Positions 10,601 through 19,348 of a DNA stretch of 64,000 bases are shown here, piece by piece (positions within the stretch are counted from its first letter, which is position 1; each line of letters starts with the position of its first letter). Under the pieces are notes generated by a model. That model had not been told where the DNA came from. It saw only the letters and a program-made list of their open reading frames with translations, and ran no database searches. This DNA is from Phycisphaerales bacterium (GTDB lineage: Bacteria; Planctomycetota; Phycisphaerae; WQYP01): assembly GCA_027451365.1 (NCBI GenBank), contig DAIDJN010000059.1, positions 32,001-96,000 of the forward strand, written 5' to 3'. Made by a program: the position numbers and the translations under genes.

Positions 10601-10822
10601 CAGCGTTTCGGCAGGCCATCTACGGCAGCCGGCCAGACCGGCCAGCGCGAACGACGCGCCCATAATTTTTAAAAAGCGCCGGCGGTCGCCATTAAGCCAT
10701 TCCGAAGCGCGGTTTGGGAACTCGCGCTGTACGAACTGCCGGAATTCCGGCGTATCCGCAAGTTCGTCCAAACTGCGCCAATATTCTTTACCGGTCAAAT
10801 TCTGATCGCTCAGTGATGACAT
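7697..10822 (-). CDS. actB: Alternative complex III subunit ActB (Tat-exported molybdopterin-oxidoreductase-like domain plus Fe-S domain)
   Basis: EYWRSL N-terminus, twin-arginine DRRRFLK followed by LAGC lipobox, C-terminal Fe-S motifs (CTSCSAC, CMQCENAPC, CIGTRYCANNCP, CTYC..CAQACP); ATG 10822 chosen as start. Confidence 0.93.
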   Translation of the reverse strand: MSSLSDQNLTGKEYWRSLDELADTPEFRQFVQREFPNRASEWLNGDRRRFLKIMGASFALAGLAGCRRWPAETLAPYAHRPANRDPGTPVYYATGMDLGGIGQGMLVTSVDGRPIKVDGNPTHPLNGGASDIYGQASVLGVYDPDRSRTVMRKGKSGLEPGNWDDFSTAWRKIGGDLQKSQGQGLAFLTGASSSPSVQDMLKRTAKAFPSARFFEYEPISSDNARAGTLMAFGEPMRVVPQLAKARVIVSLDFDFVVGDPLSVKLSRDFSAGRRLTDPATGDAATDMNRLYVIESTFSATGSLAENALHRIPLPGQDVVIATVAIAAGLKKRGINIPELPSLGGTLPEPMRQDVIDAIVADLLTHKGECVVVAGSQQPAAVHALAAAMNSALGNTGKTVEYYKDPSADRTAHDQSITNLTAAMRNKEIRTLVMLDVNPAYNAPADLDFASALANVTESIQLSNYVDETARLCTWHLPAAHYLESWGDIRTFDGTISIVQPMIEPIFGGKSVIETLAMLLPSGSKTAVVSGYEIVQRTLGLKAGEWKWKKALFDGYIKDTGWSALTPTLNASISKDLTQAIDARPRAALGAGNIEIVFRPDSKIYDGRFANNGWLQELPDPMTRLTWDNAAVISPKLAKTIGLSFHKTQMLAITVGGKTLKMPAYIMPGQPEFSISLALGYGREGVGSVADGAGFNVYCLRSVAAMNFQTGATVKVTAESYELANTQDHFAISTLSQEAVAARIPDLIHQATFAEFQKDPSLGHKKAKAVSLWEMHRYDTGYQWAMAVDLTTCTSCSACVVACQAENNIPIVGKQQVMNGREMQWIRIDRYFRGPNADSPEAVHEPILCMQCENAPCEAVCPVGATSHSADGLNMMTYNRCIGTRYCANNCPYKVRRFNFFDYNSGTLKDLYKPNILRSNMNDLAAMQKNPQVSIRMRGVIEKCTYCVQRIDDARVTAERQNRRIRDGEITPACAQACPTQALIFGDMRDKASRVAKLFKQPRMYGILNDELNTRPRTRFMPKISNPNPSLVAVETSPLGTQ

Positions 10823-11520
10823 AACTCGCAATCCGTTAAAAGCTTGCTGTTGGGAACGTGGTACCGCTTCACAAGATATTTGCCCAGATTTTTGGGCAAC
10901 GTGGCCACCGTAAGGCCCAGGTCCGAAGCCAGTTTGGTTTTGTCGGTCGGACTCCAGTTCATGTTTGTAACTTCATTCCGCGGCCGCAAGTAGGGGGCCG
11001 GATTCCGATGGCACTGCAAACACCAGGCCATGTTCAACGGCTTAGCCTGATATACATGGGTCATTTCATTCACCTGGCCATGGCATATCAGGCAACTTAC
11101 ACCCGCATTCACATGTGCAGCATGATTGAAGTACACATAGTCCGGCAGGTCATTGACTTTTTTCCACGGTACCGGCATGCCCGTTTTGTAGCTTTTGCGT
11201 ATCCAAGCCAGCGCTGCGCTATGCGGGGCAATTGCGGTGTGGCAGTTCATGCAGGTTTGGGTAGGGGGCAGAGCGGCAAAAGCCGCACGCTTTACATCGG
11301 TGTGGCAGTACTGGCAGTTAATGCCCAATTTTCCGGCATGAAAGGCGTGGCTGTAGGCAACGGGCTGCACGGGTTGGTAATTAACGTTTAATGTTCGCGC
11401 ATTCGCCCCATAACCGAGCAGTATTACCAAGTACACGGGCACAAGAACCCCACATGCCAGTATCACTTTTGTGGCCGTATCCGACCATCGGGGAAATACG
11501 AAAGATGGTTTGTCGCTCAT
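10810..11520 (-). CDS. actA: Alternative complex III pentaheme cytochrome c ActA
   Basis: Five CxxCH motifs (CQYCH, CMNCH, CLICH, CLQCH, CELCH) and QPVAYSHAFH; one N-terminal TM; ATG 11520 chosen as start. Confidence 0.92.
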   Translation of the reverse strand: MSDKPSFVFPRWSDTATKVILACGVLVPVYLVILLGYGANARTLNVNYQPVQPVAYSHAFHAGKLGINCQYCHTDVKRAAFAALPPTQTCMNCHTAIAPHSAALAWIRKSYKTGMPVPWKKVNDLPDYVYFNHAAHVNAGVSCLICHGQVNEMTHVYQAKPLNMAWCLQCHRNPAPYLRPRNEVTNMNWSPTDKTKLASDLGLTVATLPKNLGKYLVKRYHVPNSKLLTDCELCHH

Positions 11521-11849
11521 TGCTGTGGCCGCTATCCCAAGTCGTTCATACACCAACCACAAAACTTTCCAACCGCCCCGCAGGCAGGTTGTGAAAGATT
11601 GCACAAAGTTTTTAAGATACTAATGCCGACCCTTTTTTGAGTCAACATGCACCCGATTATTTTCCGGATATTTCATTTTGCCTATCCTTTTCAATCGGAT
11701 TTATCCAATTTCTCCATCCGGTAATACCGGCGTTCCGCCATCGGCTATTGTCCCATGGTCCGAAATTCCTCTCGGCGCAGCCCCGCCGCTTCTGTTATCA
11801 TGGCCATCTGGTTATTAAATGCGTGATTGAGTCTGTTACGAGGTATTTT

Positions 11850-12476
11850 GTGGCCCTTCGTCCGAATCTGGTGGTTGAACCCGTTCTTCTGGATGTTTCT
11901 GATGACTTGGGAATCCTTGATTGGCCCGGAATTTTCGGCAACAATAACCCGGTGGAACTTGAGATTGGCTCGGGTAAAGGAACCTTTCTGGTGTCCGTTG
12001 CTGAAAAGTCTCCGCAGACAAACTTTATTGGCATCGAATGGGCCAAAGCCTATGCAGATTTCTCCGCTGACCGCCTTCGTCGCCACGCGCTGCTGAATTG
12101 CCGCATCGTGCGAGCCGATGCCGTCTGGTGGATTCGCTGCCATGTTCCGGCGGATTCCATTTCCGCCCTGCATGTCTATTTTCCGGATCCTTGGCCAAAG
12201 GCCCGCCACCATAAGCGGCGGCTCATCGCGCCTGGCTTTATGGCGGAGGTGGCGCGCATCCTTATCCCTGGCGGAAAATTCCGTCTGGTCACCGATCACG
12301 CCGGCTATTTTGAGCATATTCAGCAGGTCTTGGCGGGCTTTTCAGGCCTTGTTCCGGCTGCGTTTGATTCCCCGGTGCAAACACCGGATGGGCTGATCGT
12401 GGGCACTAATTTTGAACGTAAATATCAGGCCGAAAATCGTGCCGCCTATTCCATCGCCGCCATAAAACCGGCTTAA
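11850..12476 (+). CDS. trmB: tRNA (guanine-N7)-methyltransferase
   Basis: ELEIGSGKG, FPDPWPKARHHKRR, TNFERKY; GTG start preceded by GAGGT. Confidence 0.93.
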   Translation: MALRPNLVVEPVLLDVSDDLGILDWPGIFGNNNPVELEIGSGKGTFLVSVAEKSPQTNFIGIEWAKAYADFSADRLRRHALLNCRIVRADAVWWIRCHVPADSISALHVYFPDPWPKARHHKRRLIAPGFMAEVARILIPGGKFRLVTDHAGYFEHIQQVLAGFSGLVPAAFDSPVQTPDGLIVGTNFERKYQAENRAAYSIAAIKPA

Positions 12477-12546
12477 CCGCGGCTTGGGAAAGTGCGATAA
12501 ACGCATCGCGGCATCATGCCTTTTTTGTAAATGCCTGCGCAAAATA

Positions 12547-12573
12547 GAAAAAGCCGGAACTTGTCGCTCCGGC
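12547..12573 (-). terminator. Probable intrinsic terminator downstream of xerC
   Basis: AGCCGGA/TCCGGCT stem next to an A-run (U-run on the minus strand), between convergent trmB and xerC. Confidence 0.55.
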
Positions 12574-12625
12574 TCGTGAGGAATTCCGTTTTCACCAGAT
12601 TTTTCGCAGCGGATCGGATCGCGGG

Positions 12626-13624
12626 TCAGGTCACTTCATGTGCCCGCGGATGCGCTGAATCATAGGCATCCTGAATGCGTTTCGTCGTCAGGTGGGTATA
12701 AATCTGGGTGGTGCTTAGACTCTGGTGCCCCAGCATTTCCTGAACCGACCGCAAATCGGCTCCATGGTTGAGCATGTGCGTCGCAAAGCTGTGCCGCAGC
12801 GTGTGCGGACTGATATCCGGATCCAGATGGGCTTCAATCAGGTATTTATCCAGCTTGCGCCGCACTGATCGCGTGCTTAGCCGCTGGCCATGCTTGTTGA
12901 TGAACAGCGCTGTGGCCAACTGGCTGGGCGGCACAATGTGATTACGCATCTCAATATATTTTCGCATTGCGGCTACCGCGGTCTCGCCGATGGGGCTCAG
13001 GCGTTCTTTGCGACCTTTGCCCCGCACTTTCAGCACGCCGCCCGCAAAGTCAATGTCTTCAATATTAAGCCCCACCAGTTCGCTGACGCGCATTCCAGTG
13101 CTGTAAATAACTTCCAGCATCGCCTTGTCGCGGCAGCCCAGCAGATCCGTGTCTTTGGGTGTCTGCAGCAGTTTTGTAACCTGTTCCTCGGTCATGAACT
13201 TGGGCAGGCGCTTTTCCAGCTTCGGCGTGCGGATTGTCAGCATCGGGTTGTTGCCGGTCAAACCTCGCTTGTTCAGGAACTTGAAAAAGCTTCGCAGAGT
13301 GGCCAGTTTCCGCGCCACTGTCGCCTTGGAATAGTTGTGCTCGCGCATGTGCTGAAGGTACGCTCGCACGTTGTCTGGACCGGCCGAAAGCAGCAGTCGG
13401 TCAAATTCTTCGGGCACCGGATCCGTTTCCGCCGTCTGCGGTTTGGAACCTGGCGCATGATTAGAGGTCGGTCCGAATGAATCTGGCAGACCGGCAAGGA
13501 AACGGCCGAACTGCTTAAGATCGGCCCCGTAGCATTTACTCGTATAGGTCGAAAAATGCCTCTCGAATTGCAGATAATTCAGGAAGTCCTGAATACGCTG
13601 TGGCTGGGGAACCTGGTTTTCCAT
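12626..13624 (-). CDS. xerC: Tyrosine recombinase XerC/XerD family
   Basis: GMRVSEL, KGRKER, HTLRHSFATH, LGHQSLSTTQIY; housekeeping context; ATG 13624 chosen as start. Confidence 0.85.
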   Translation of the reverse strand: MENQVPQPQRIQDFLNYLQFERHFSTYTSKCYGADLKQFGRFLAGLPDSFGPTSNHAPGSKPQTAETDPVPEEFDRLLLSAGPDNVRAYLQHMREHNYSKATVARKLATLRSFFKFLNKRGLTGNNPMLTIRTPKLEKRLPKFMTEEQVTKLLQTPKDTDLLGCRDKAMLEVIYSTGMRVSELVGLNIEDIDFAGGVLKVRGKGRKERLSPIGETAVAAMRKYIEMRNHIVPPSQLATALFINKHGQRLSTRSVRRKLDKYLIEAHLDPDISPHTLRHSFATHMLNHGADLRSVQEMLGHQSLSTTQIYTHLTTKRIQDAYDSAHPRAHEVT

Positions 13625-14025
13625 AATGCACTGAACCTTTCGACCGCGCACTGCCCGCCAGACGTCCACGAATGGCTGGGCCGATGCTGCTGTCATCGCC
13701 AAAAAACACCGGATCAATTCCATTGACCCGCCTTCAGTGCTCTCCATCCATCGTGCACGCCCCGGTCAACAGTTACCAGACCTCTTACAGCAGGCCCGAT
13801 CCCGGTTCCGACACCCGGCTTTTGACCGGCGTTGCCCCGATGGATTTCAAAGTATTTATCGGCGTTTTACGGAGCTAACGTGAACGGCATGCGATTATAT
13901 TTTTCAAGGGTTTGTTTTTTGCCAAGTAGGCGTATTTTAAGAGATTTTCAAGATTTATATCGGACGCCCCACAGTGTCTTTGGCTTGACGAAGCGTCGCT
14001 GGCGTTTTCGGTGTGCCCGGGGATT

Positions 14026-15591
14026 TCAGTTTTCGGCGACGGCAGCCTGTTCGCCCCGTTGCAGAAAGTGCTGTTTCGCCTCACCAATAAGGTAGAACGA
14101 ACCGGTTACCGTTACCAGGTCTTCGCGCGTAATCGCTCGCGAGGCAATTTCCATTGCTTCACGAAACGAGCCTGCAACCTGTGCCATTTTACCGAACCGT
14201 TCCACATAGGCAGCCGAAAGTTCCTCGGGTGCCGCACTCTTGGGATTGTTGGCACTGCGCGTAAAAATCACTTTATCCGCACCAAGTGAAATCTGTTCGA
14301 GCATTCCGTCGATATCTTTGTCGCAGTTACAGCCGAAAATAACCACCATGCTGTCATACGGAATGTACTGGCTGATGCCTTTGAATAGCGCCTGGACCGA
14401 GGCCGCATTGTGGGCACCGTCAATCACGACGCGCGGGTCGCGCCATATCAATTCCATCCGGCCGGAAATGGCCACGCGGGCCAGACCCTCGGCCGCTTTG
14501 GCATCGTGAATGGCTATTCCGCGTGTCTTGAGTTTGTCCAGCATCGCCAGAGCTAGACCGCAATTCACCGCCTGATGTTCGCCGATAAGAGGTACGGTTA
14601 AATGTTCGAATCTGGATGTGGGCGTCATCAGCGTTACCCGAACATGCGGGCCGATGGGACGGGTATTTTCAAAACGGTGCGAAAATTCAATATCTGATCC
14701 GACAAATGCCAGCGGTGCGTGCACCTGTTGTGCCACCCGGTTAAGGACCGCCATCACCTCCGGCGGCTGAAGCGAAGCGACCGCCGGCACGTCTTTTTTG
14801 AAAATTCCGGCCTTTTCCTCGGCTATTTTGGCCAGTGTGGATCCCAAAACCGCCATATGGTCATAACTGATTGAGCAGATGCCGGTCACTTCAGGAGTGA
14901 TGACATTGGTGGAATCCAGTCTGCCGCCCATACCAGTTTCAATGACTGCGATATCCACCTGCTGGTCGGCAAAATAACAGAAGCCAACCGCGGTCATTAT
15001 TTCAAAAAAAGTCGGTCGATCGCTGCCCATTTTGCGAATGGCCGCCTCTGCGCGCCGCACCAGCTTTACAAAATCGCCGTGTGAAATCATGCGGTCGTTG
15101 ATGGAAATCCGTTCCCGGATGTCAATTAAATGCGGACTGGTGTATAGCCCCACCTTCAGGCCACCGTGTTGGAGCATGGCCGCCAGCATTGCACAGGTGC
15201 TGCCCTTGCCCTTCGTGCCAGCTACATGAGCGGATTTGAATTTGGTGTGCGGATCGTCAAGCAATTTCAACAGACGCCGCATGCGGTCCAGGTTAAACGT
15301 GGTGGTGTTATACCGTACTATGCGCATACGTTCATAGTCAGTTTGCGCATTCAAGAATTCGATAACTTTATGGAATGAACGGACCTCACTAGACGGAACC
15401 AGCTTGGCCGCCACGGTAGCCCGGGCTTTTATCGCACCCTGAAGGGTTATCCGTCGCGATTCAACCCTTAACCCTCGCCGATTTGCGTGTGGCTTCAGGG
15501 AAAGTGTTGTCCGGCCAGTCTTCTTCCCGTTACTGGTCGCGGACTTCTTCCGTGCTTTGGGACGATTTTTAGACTTTCCAACCGTTACCAT
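14026..15591 (-). CDS. folC: Folylpolyglutamate synthase/dihydrofolate synthase
   Basis: HVAGTKGKGST, YTSPHL, ETGMGGRLDSTN, DGAHN, TGSFYLIG; basic N-terminal extension, start uncertain. Confidence 0.92.
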   Translation of the reverse strand: MVTVGKSKNRPKARKKSATSNGKKTGRTTLSLKPHANRRGLRVESRRITLQGAIKARATVAAKLVPSSEVRSFHKVIEFLNAQTDYERMRIVRYNTTTFNLDRMRRLLKLLDDPHTKFKSAHVAGTKGKGSTCAMLAAMLQHGGLKVGLYTSPHLIDIRERISINDRMISHGDFVKLVRRAEAAIRKMGSDRPTFFEIMTAVGFCYFADQQVDIAVIETGMGGRLDSTNVITPEVTGICSISYDHMAVLGSTLAKIAEEKAGIFKKDVPAVASLQPPEVMAVLNRVAQQVHAPLAFVGSDIEFSHRFENTRPIGPHVRVTLMTPTSRFEHLTVPLIGEHQAVNCGLALAMLDKLKTRGIAIHDAKAAEGLARVAISGRMELIWRDPRVVIDGAHNAASVQALFKGISQYIPYDSMVVIFGCNCDKDIDGMLEQISLGADKVIFTRSANNPKSAAPEELSAAYVERFGKMAQVAGSFREAMEIASRAITREDLVTVTGSFYLIGEAKQHFLQRGEQAAVAEN

Positions 15592-15835
15592 ACCATAGAT
15601 TGTATCAGACTGGTAAGCGGTTTACAATTCAACCCTATTTATTCGCATACGTATAAATAAAATTACGCATAGTAGATTAATGTTTACGTCTATGCGAAAT
15701 AACGTCCCATAACAATGCGCACCTGCCGTGTTCGATAAAAATGCCAGGCGCATTTTATTTAACAATAACCGACCAATCCGCGAACCTTTCACCCTGTAAT
15801 AACGAACGCCAATATGTCGCCATTGGCGATCTGGT

Positions 15836-16237
15836 TTAGGGTGTTTTCACCAGTTTAGTCTTTACGTAATTGCAAATTGTTTCAACAGTGAAAACATCTC
15901 GAAAATTATTGATATTGGGATCCTTCTCAAATGCGGAAAGGTCCGCAAACGGCATTCGTTTCTTCAGTTCTGCGATACCGGATTCGGTTACCTTTCCTTC
16001 GGAATTCACATATTCCTGATTGGAGAACACTGAATCCGGAATCATTTCACCGGTCGGTATTTTGATTCCGAACGCCTTTTCCAATTGAAAGGTAATATCC
16101 AAGTAATCTATCGATTCGGCACCCAAGTCTTTATTCAGCCGGGCTTCTGGCGTAACCTCATCCTCATCCACTGCCAGCGCCTGTGTTAAAACGTCGCGCA
16201 CCTTAATAAATACTGGGTCATCTGTGGCTATTGTCAT
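15836..16237 (-). CDS. Acyl carrier protein (extended type)
   Basis: DLGAESIDYLDITFQLEKAFGIKI phosphopantetheine motif; adjacent to fabZ-like gene. Confidence 0.85.
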   Translation of the reverse strand: MTIATDDPVFIKVRDVLTQALAVDEDEVTPEARLNKDLGAESIDYLDITFQLEKAFGIKIPTGEMIPDSVFSNQEYVNSEGKVTESGIAELKKRMPFADLSAFEKDPNINNFRDVFTVETICNYVKTKLVKTP

Positions 16238-16382
16238 TGATCTTATCCTTCTGCAACTCCGGAATTCTAAAATGTGCCCGTGGCCGCATTCGCCACACAA
16301 TCAGGCTGTACCCTGACTAGTTTCCGGTAAAATCGTCATTTAAGCAACCTTGCGGACCATCGGAAGGTACCCGTTTGTCCCA

Positions 16383-16868
16383 TTACACCGTCGGATCGTT
16401 GGACCGCCGTAATTGCCGCCATTGTCTGGCCATAGCCTCATTCACTGAGTTGTCCAGATTTTCCAGTGAACTTTCGAGATGGCCTAATTTCAGGTGGGCA
16501 AGTTCAATCCGACCGGTAATGGCCGCATCGTTGCCCACGCTGCCGCGTATTTTAAATTCACTCTGGTTCATATCCAGAGATACCACTTCGGACCGCATGA
16601 TGAGCGTCCGACCCGGTTCAACAAACGAACCATACCGGATTCCGCGGGCCTCTTTCAGTACCACCAGCGACGGCCGAAAGCCACTCCATTCCCGTACCAG
16701 CCAGGCTGACGCCTGCACCGCCGCCTCCAGCATCAGCACTCCCGGCAACACAGGAAATCCCGGAAAATGGTCCGCCAGATACTCTTCGGCGAGGCTCACA
16801 TTTTTGGCGGTGGTAATGTTTTTGGCTGATGTAAATTCCTCAATGCGGTCGACCAGACAGAATTTCAT
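16383..16868 (-). CDS. fabZ: FabZ/FabA-family beta-hydroxyacyl-ACP dehydratase
   Basis: LVDRI, KNVS, DHFPGFPVLPGVLMLEA. Confidence 0.8.
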   Translation of the reverse strand: MKFCLVDRIEEFTSAKNITTAKNVSLAEEYLADHFPGFPVLPGVLMLEAAVQASAWLVREWSGFRPSLVVLKEARGIRYGSFVEPGRTLIMRSEVVSLDMNQSEFKIRGSVGNDAAITGRIELAHLKLGHLESSLENLDNSVNEAMARQWRQLRRSNDPTV

Positions 16869-17226
16869 GGCTTATAATTCCTGAAAAAGAGACCAGCTTA
16901 TTTATCAAAACACGACTGATCAAACCATATTCGGCGTTTTACACAAATATCAGGATTTTGACAACTGCAAATTGTAACCTGATGGCGACAGGCCAGACCG
17001 CATTTCTTCAAATGGCATTTACGCCGCAATTTGTGGAGTCACAATTTCAGCCAAATGGTATGGCCCCGTACTATTTCCGGGTCAGGCTGAATTTGGCGAT
17101 TTTTCACCGCAATAAACGGCCTTTTTCAGGAATTATTTTCTTCGGCGAACTTCCGGACTCCGACGAGCGTATGTATCTAACTGAAAGGGACTCGAATAAA
17201 ATATGAAAAAAGTTTCGTATTTGCTG

Positions 17227-17254
17227 TTGACAAGTGTAACAATGTTCCTATCAT
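17227..17254 (+). promoter_or_regulatory. Sigma70-like promoter upstream of the ArsR gene
   Basis: TTGACA, 16-nt spacer, TATCAT in an AT-rich intergenic region. Confidence 0.55.
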
Positions 17255-17459
17255 CAAATAAGAATGCGGGCGGATGATTTTGCGGGTTCTTGTGAAACCA
17301 CTAGTACAACCCACTGGCATTATGGAAGTGTGTTGTCGCGTCCGGTCGTTTGCATGACGGCTTTTTTACCGTGCACTGTACTGCAAAAAAGGTGTAAAGT
17401 TTAGTTTTTCGAGCGCCGGTTGTACAACGGCCCGAGTCTATTTTAAGGAGTATCTACCC

Positions 17460-17777
17460 ATGGCTAAATCCAACTCATCTGAGCAGGGGCTTGCATCTGC
17501 GTGCTCGTTGTTCAAACTTCTGTCGGACAAGACCCGCCTTCAGATAGTTCTGCATCTGGCACAGAGCGAATGCACAGTGACCGGACTTTGCAAGGACCTT
17601 AAGCTTCCTCAGCCAACGGTCAGTCACCATCTGGGGCTGCTGCGGATGAACCGTCTGATCATCAACAAGCGCAATGGTAAGCAGGTGATTTATTCACTTG
17701 GGGCACAGGCAAAAAGCGTCAAAAGCGGCCTGAAATTTGCAGTCGCCCCTTATTCCGTTTCCCTTGATCTGAACTAA
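17460..17777 (+). CDS. ArsR/SmtB family transcriptional regulator
   Basis: FKLLSDKTRLQI...PQPTVSHHLGLLR..RNGKQVIYSL winged HTH; AAGGAG RBS. Confidence 0.9.
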   Translation: MAKSNSSEQGLASACSLFKLLSDKTRLQIVLHLAQSECTVTGLCKDLKLPQPTVSHHLGLLRMNRLIINKRNGKQVIYSLGAQAKSVKSGLKFAVAPYSVSLDLN

Positions 17778-18004
17778 GCCGCGTCAGTGGAATCGTCCTC
17801 TCACGATCTTCTCCATTTGAAACGCATGCGGTTCGGGTTAACTACCGCCATTTTAGCAAATGCTTCGCCCGCCCTGGATTTTTCCGGGGCGGGCATCGGC
17901 ATTGCGCAGGGTGAACGCATTTCATTCGCCTTTTGATATGTCGCGTTTAATTCGCTGCGCAGCGTAAATATGAATGCTGTTCGCACGGGTGCTGGCCTTG
18001 ACGG

Positions 18005-19348
18005 ATGGCCTCCTGTGCCTGCACCATAGTCACGATGCGATTGCCATCCGCAAAACCTGACGCCTACCAGCCGGAAAACAACGGCTGCACTGTTCCCACG
18101 CTCGAAATGCTGCTGACGCCTGACGGACAGCGCCTGCTTGAGGCCGCGCGCGCTCATATGGCCGATTGCCAGAACGAACAGCCCTCCATCGCTCAAATTG
18201 AACGCTGGCGTCGGGAATTTTCACCGGAATTGGTGCATACCGCATTGGTTGTCGCTCGGGCGGCAAACGCGGCCGGAGGCCAGCGCGGAAAATTTCCTCA
18301 TACGCCTCCTGACCTTCTGTTCTGGGCGGTTCCCGAAGCACTGGAACAGGCCACTTCAGCCGCAGTGGCCGATTACAAAGCACAAAAACTGCTTTCCCTT
18401 TTGCCCGCAACCACCACCATTTTTGACATATGCTGCGGCATCGGCGGTGACACCCTTTCTCTGGCCCGTTATGCGCCCGTGGAGGCTTGGGAAATCAATC
18501 CTCAGCGAGCCTGGATGGCCCGCAGAAATGTCCGCCGGAATGGGCTTTTTCCAGTGATTGTGCATCAGCGCGACATCCTTGAGGCGGATATTCCAGTGCT
18601 TCCACATTGCGCCTACCACTTGGACCCGGCTCGTCGCTCCGGCGGTCGAAGACTGAATGTAAATTCATCCATGGTTCCCGATCCGTGGCGAGTCATTCAG
18701 AGGCTGAATTTCTGCACCGGAGGAATGGTCAAACTTAGCCCCGCTATTGATTTTTCCACTCTCCCGCCCGGACATCTGGAAATTATCAGCCACGAGCGCA
18801 GCGTCGTGCAGGCGGTGCTCTGGACGCGCGCGGCTGGCGAATCGCTCGGTTGCAATCTGCGCACTGCGACCGGAATTACCCGAGACGGAAATATCTGGTC
18901 TTTTTCAGGATCGCCCGGTTTTCCGACCACTCTGCATGAGCCGGCGGAATGCGTTTATGAATTAGATGGCGCACTGACACGTTCTGGTCTTGCGGCCACA
19001 TTTATCATCCAGACAGGTCTTATGCCATTGACCGTAGATGGCGGCTACGCCACTGGGATTGCGCCATCGCCGCATGCCGCTCTGGCTGAGTTTAGGGTTC
19101 TCACCGTGATACCTTATAGCCCGCAACGAATTGTCCGCTGGCTCAAAAGTCAGCCGCCCGGTGCCATGACATCTGCGCCCGTAGTGGAAGTAAAAACCCG
19201 AGGCGGCCTCGGTCTGGATACAGATCGTCTACAGCGGGAGTGGTCTGGTGCCGCACGTGAATCATGTACTATTCTGATTTATTCCGCCCGCGGCGGGCAG
19301 ATGGCCATTGTAGCCCGCAGACCGACAGTCTGCGGGACATCGGCTTAA
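18005..19348 (+). CDS. Class I SAM-dependent methyltransferase with THUMP-like C-terminal domain
   Basis: ALEQATS, DICCGIGGD SAM-binding motif, LDPARR, VKLSP; start uncertain (could be about 18107). Confidence 0.75.
   Translation: MASCACTIVTMRLPSAKPDAYQPENNGCTVPTLEMLLTPDGQRLLEAARAHMADCQNEQPSIAQIERWRREFSPELVHTALVVARAANAAGGQRGKFPHTPPDLLFWAVPEALEQATSAAVADYKAQKLLSLLPATTTIFDICCGIGGDTLSLARYAPVEAWEINPQRAWMARRNVRRNGLFPVIVHQRDILEADIPVLPHCAYHLDPARRSGGRRLNVNSSMVPDPWRVIQRLNFCTGGMVKLSPAIDFSTLPPGHLEIISHERSVVQAVLWTRAAGESLGCNLRTATGITRDGNIWSFSGSPGFPTTLHEPAECVYELDGALTRSGLAATFIIQTGLMPLTVDGGYATGIAPSPHAALAEFRVLTVIPYSPQRIVRWLKSQPPGAMTSAPVVEVKTRGGLGLDTDRLQREWSGAARESCTILIYSARGGQMAIVARRPTVCGTSA

Noticed and set aside
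7697..10822. Catalytic molybdoenzyme (nitrate or polysulfide reductase)
   Set aside because: Gene order actA-B-C-D-E-F and the fused Fe-S domain identify ACIII ActB.
12626..13624. Prophage or island integrase
   Set aside because: Typical XerC/D sequence in a housekeeping context, with no phage genes, tRNA or att-like repeats nearby.
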